Below are positions 63,316 through 64,000 of a stretch of DNA of 64,000 nt, in pieces. This DNA is from Leptogorgia sarmentosa (Eukaryota), in assembly GCA_964658305.1 (NCBI GenBank), contig OZ210884.1, positions 4,898,001 to 4,962,000 of the forward strand, written 5' to 3'. Each line of letters opens with the position of its first letter. Positions within the stretch are counted from its first letter, which is position 1. Below the pieces are notes generated by a model. That model made no database searches. It saw only the letters and a program-made list of their open reading frames with translations, and was not told where the DNA came from. A program made the translations under genes and the position numbers.

Positions 63316-64000
63316 CTGTGGCAATATTGAAAACAAAATGAAAATAGAAACAATCAGACATTTAGTCTAATTTTGTTAGAAGCTCAGATTTACAAAAAAT
63401 GTCACGTTAACTTACGGAAACGAGAAGTGGGCAGAAGTCACCAATATATATATAACGAATGTTTAGAAACGAATTAGTGTTATAATGTTGTTAATGCTAA
63501 AGCTTTTTACACAATACACAACGCGAATTTGAACAATTTGCACAAATATCGCTAGATATATGACCTGTTCTGAGGCATTTAAGATTTTCGCAGCGAAGTA
63601 TTGTAAAAAATTTGCAAAAACCTCAATAAAAGCAAATCTTTTTCAATGCGGCAAATAATCTTCACCTCAAAACAAAAAGTCTGAAGTTTGAAAGTATTTG
63701 AATAACTTTCTAAAAAGGCATGAATATTTCAAATGAATATTTTAAAGCCTTTCATCAGACTTTGAGGATATTTTGCACAAAATATCCTGACCGAGGCGCA
63801 AACCTGAATTGTCAAAGAGTTATTATTGACTCACGTTTGCTGACACACATACAATGAATTAAAAACTGATTGAGAATTATAGCTTTATTTAAGACCAATA
63901 CTAGTAGCTAAGTATAACGTACCCAGAAAACCACAACTATAGTTACGGAAATTACAAATTATGTAATCATGTTTTAACGACTATAAGTTAAAAAAGATAA

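Overview
This is AT-rich, intron-rich animal genomic DNA, not prokaryotic. The repeat content suggests a marine invertebrate, plausibly a cnidarian (inference only). Reading splice sites by hand on the minus strand shows a tandem cluster of single-pass cell-surface glycoprotein genes built from EGF, SEA and FN3 exons. Gene A (17163-27909) is complete: signal peptide-EGF array-SEA-2xEGF-TM-tail. Gene B (31267-41609) has 9 EGF-SEA-FN3-TM. Genes C (43866-49547) and D (55759->63315) have EGF-SEA-EGF-SEA-FN3-TM. A dead 3' remnant of a fifth, A-like copy lies at 1-1795. A truncated fibrinogen-related gene sits on the plus strand (13813-14598). A 9.3 kb TIR element with a 2-bp TSD (1901-11201) has its 16-bp subterminal repeat expanded into an ~8.8 kb satellite with higher-order structure. 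The introns hold two Penelope-like insertions with hammerhead cores, several MITEs and a complex inverted/direct local duplication around two EGF exons. Most ORFs in the supplied track are spurious or capture single exons. All gene models are manual and unverified by transcript data.
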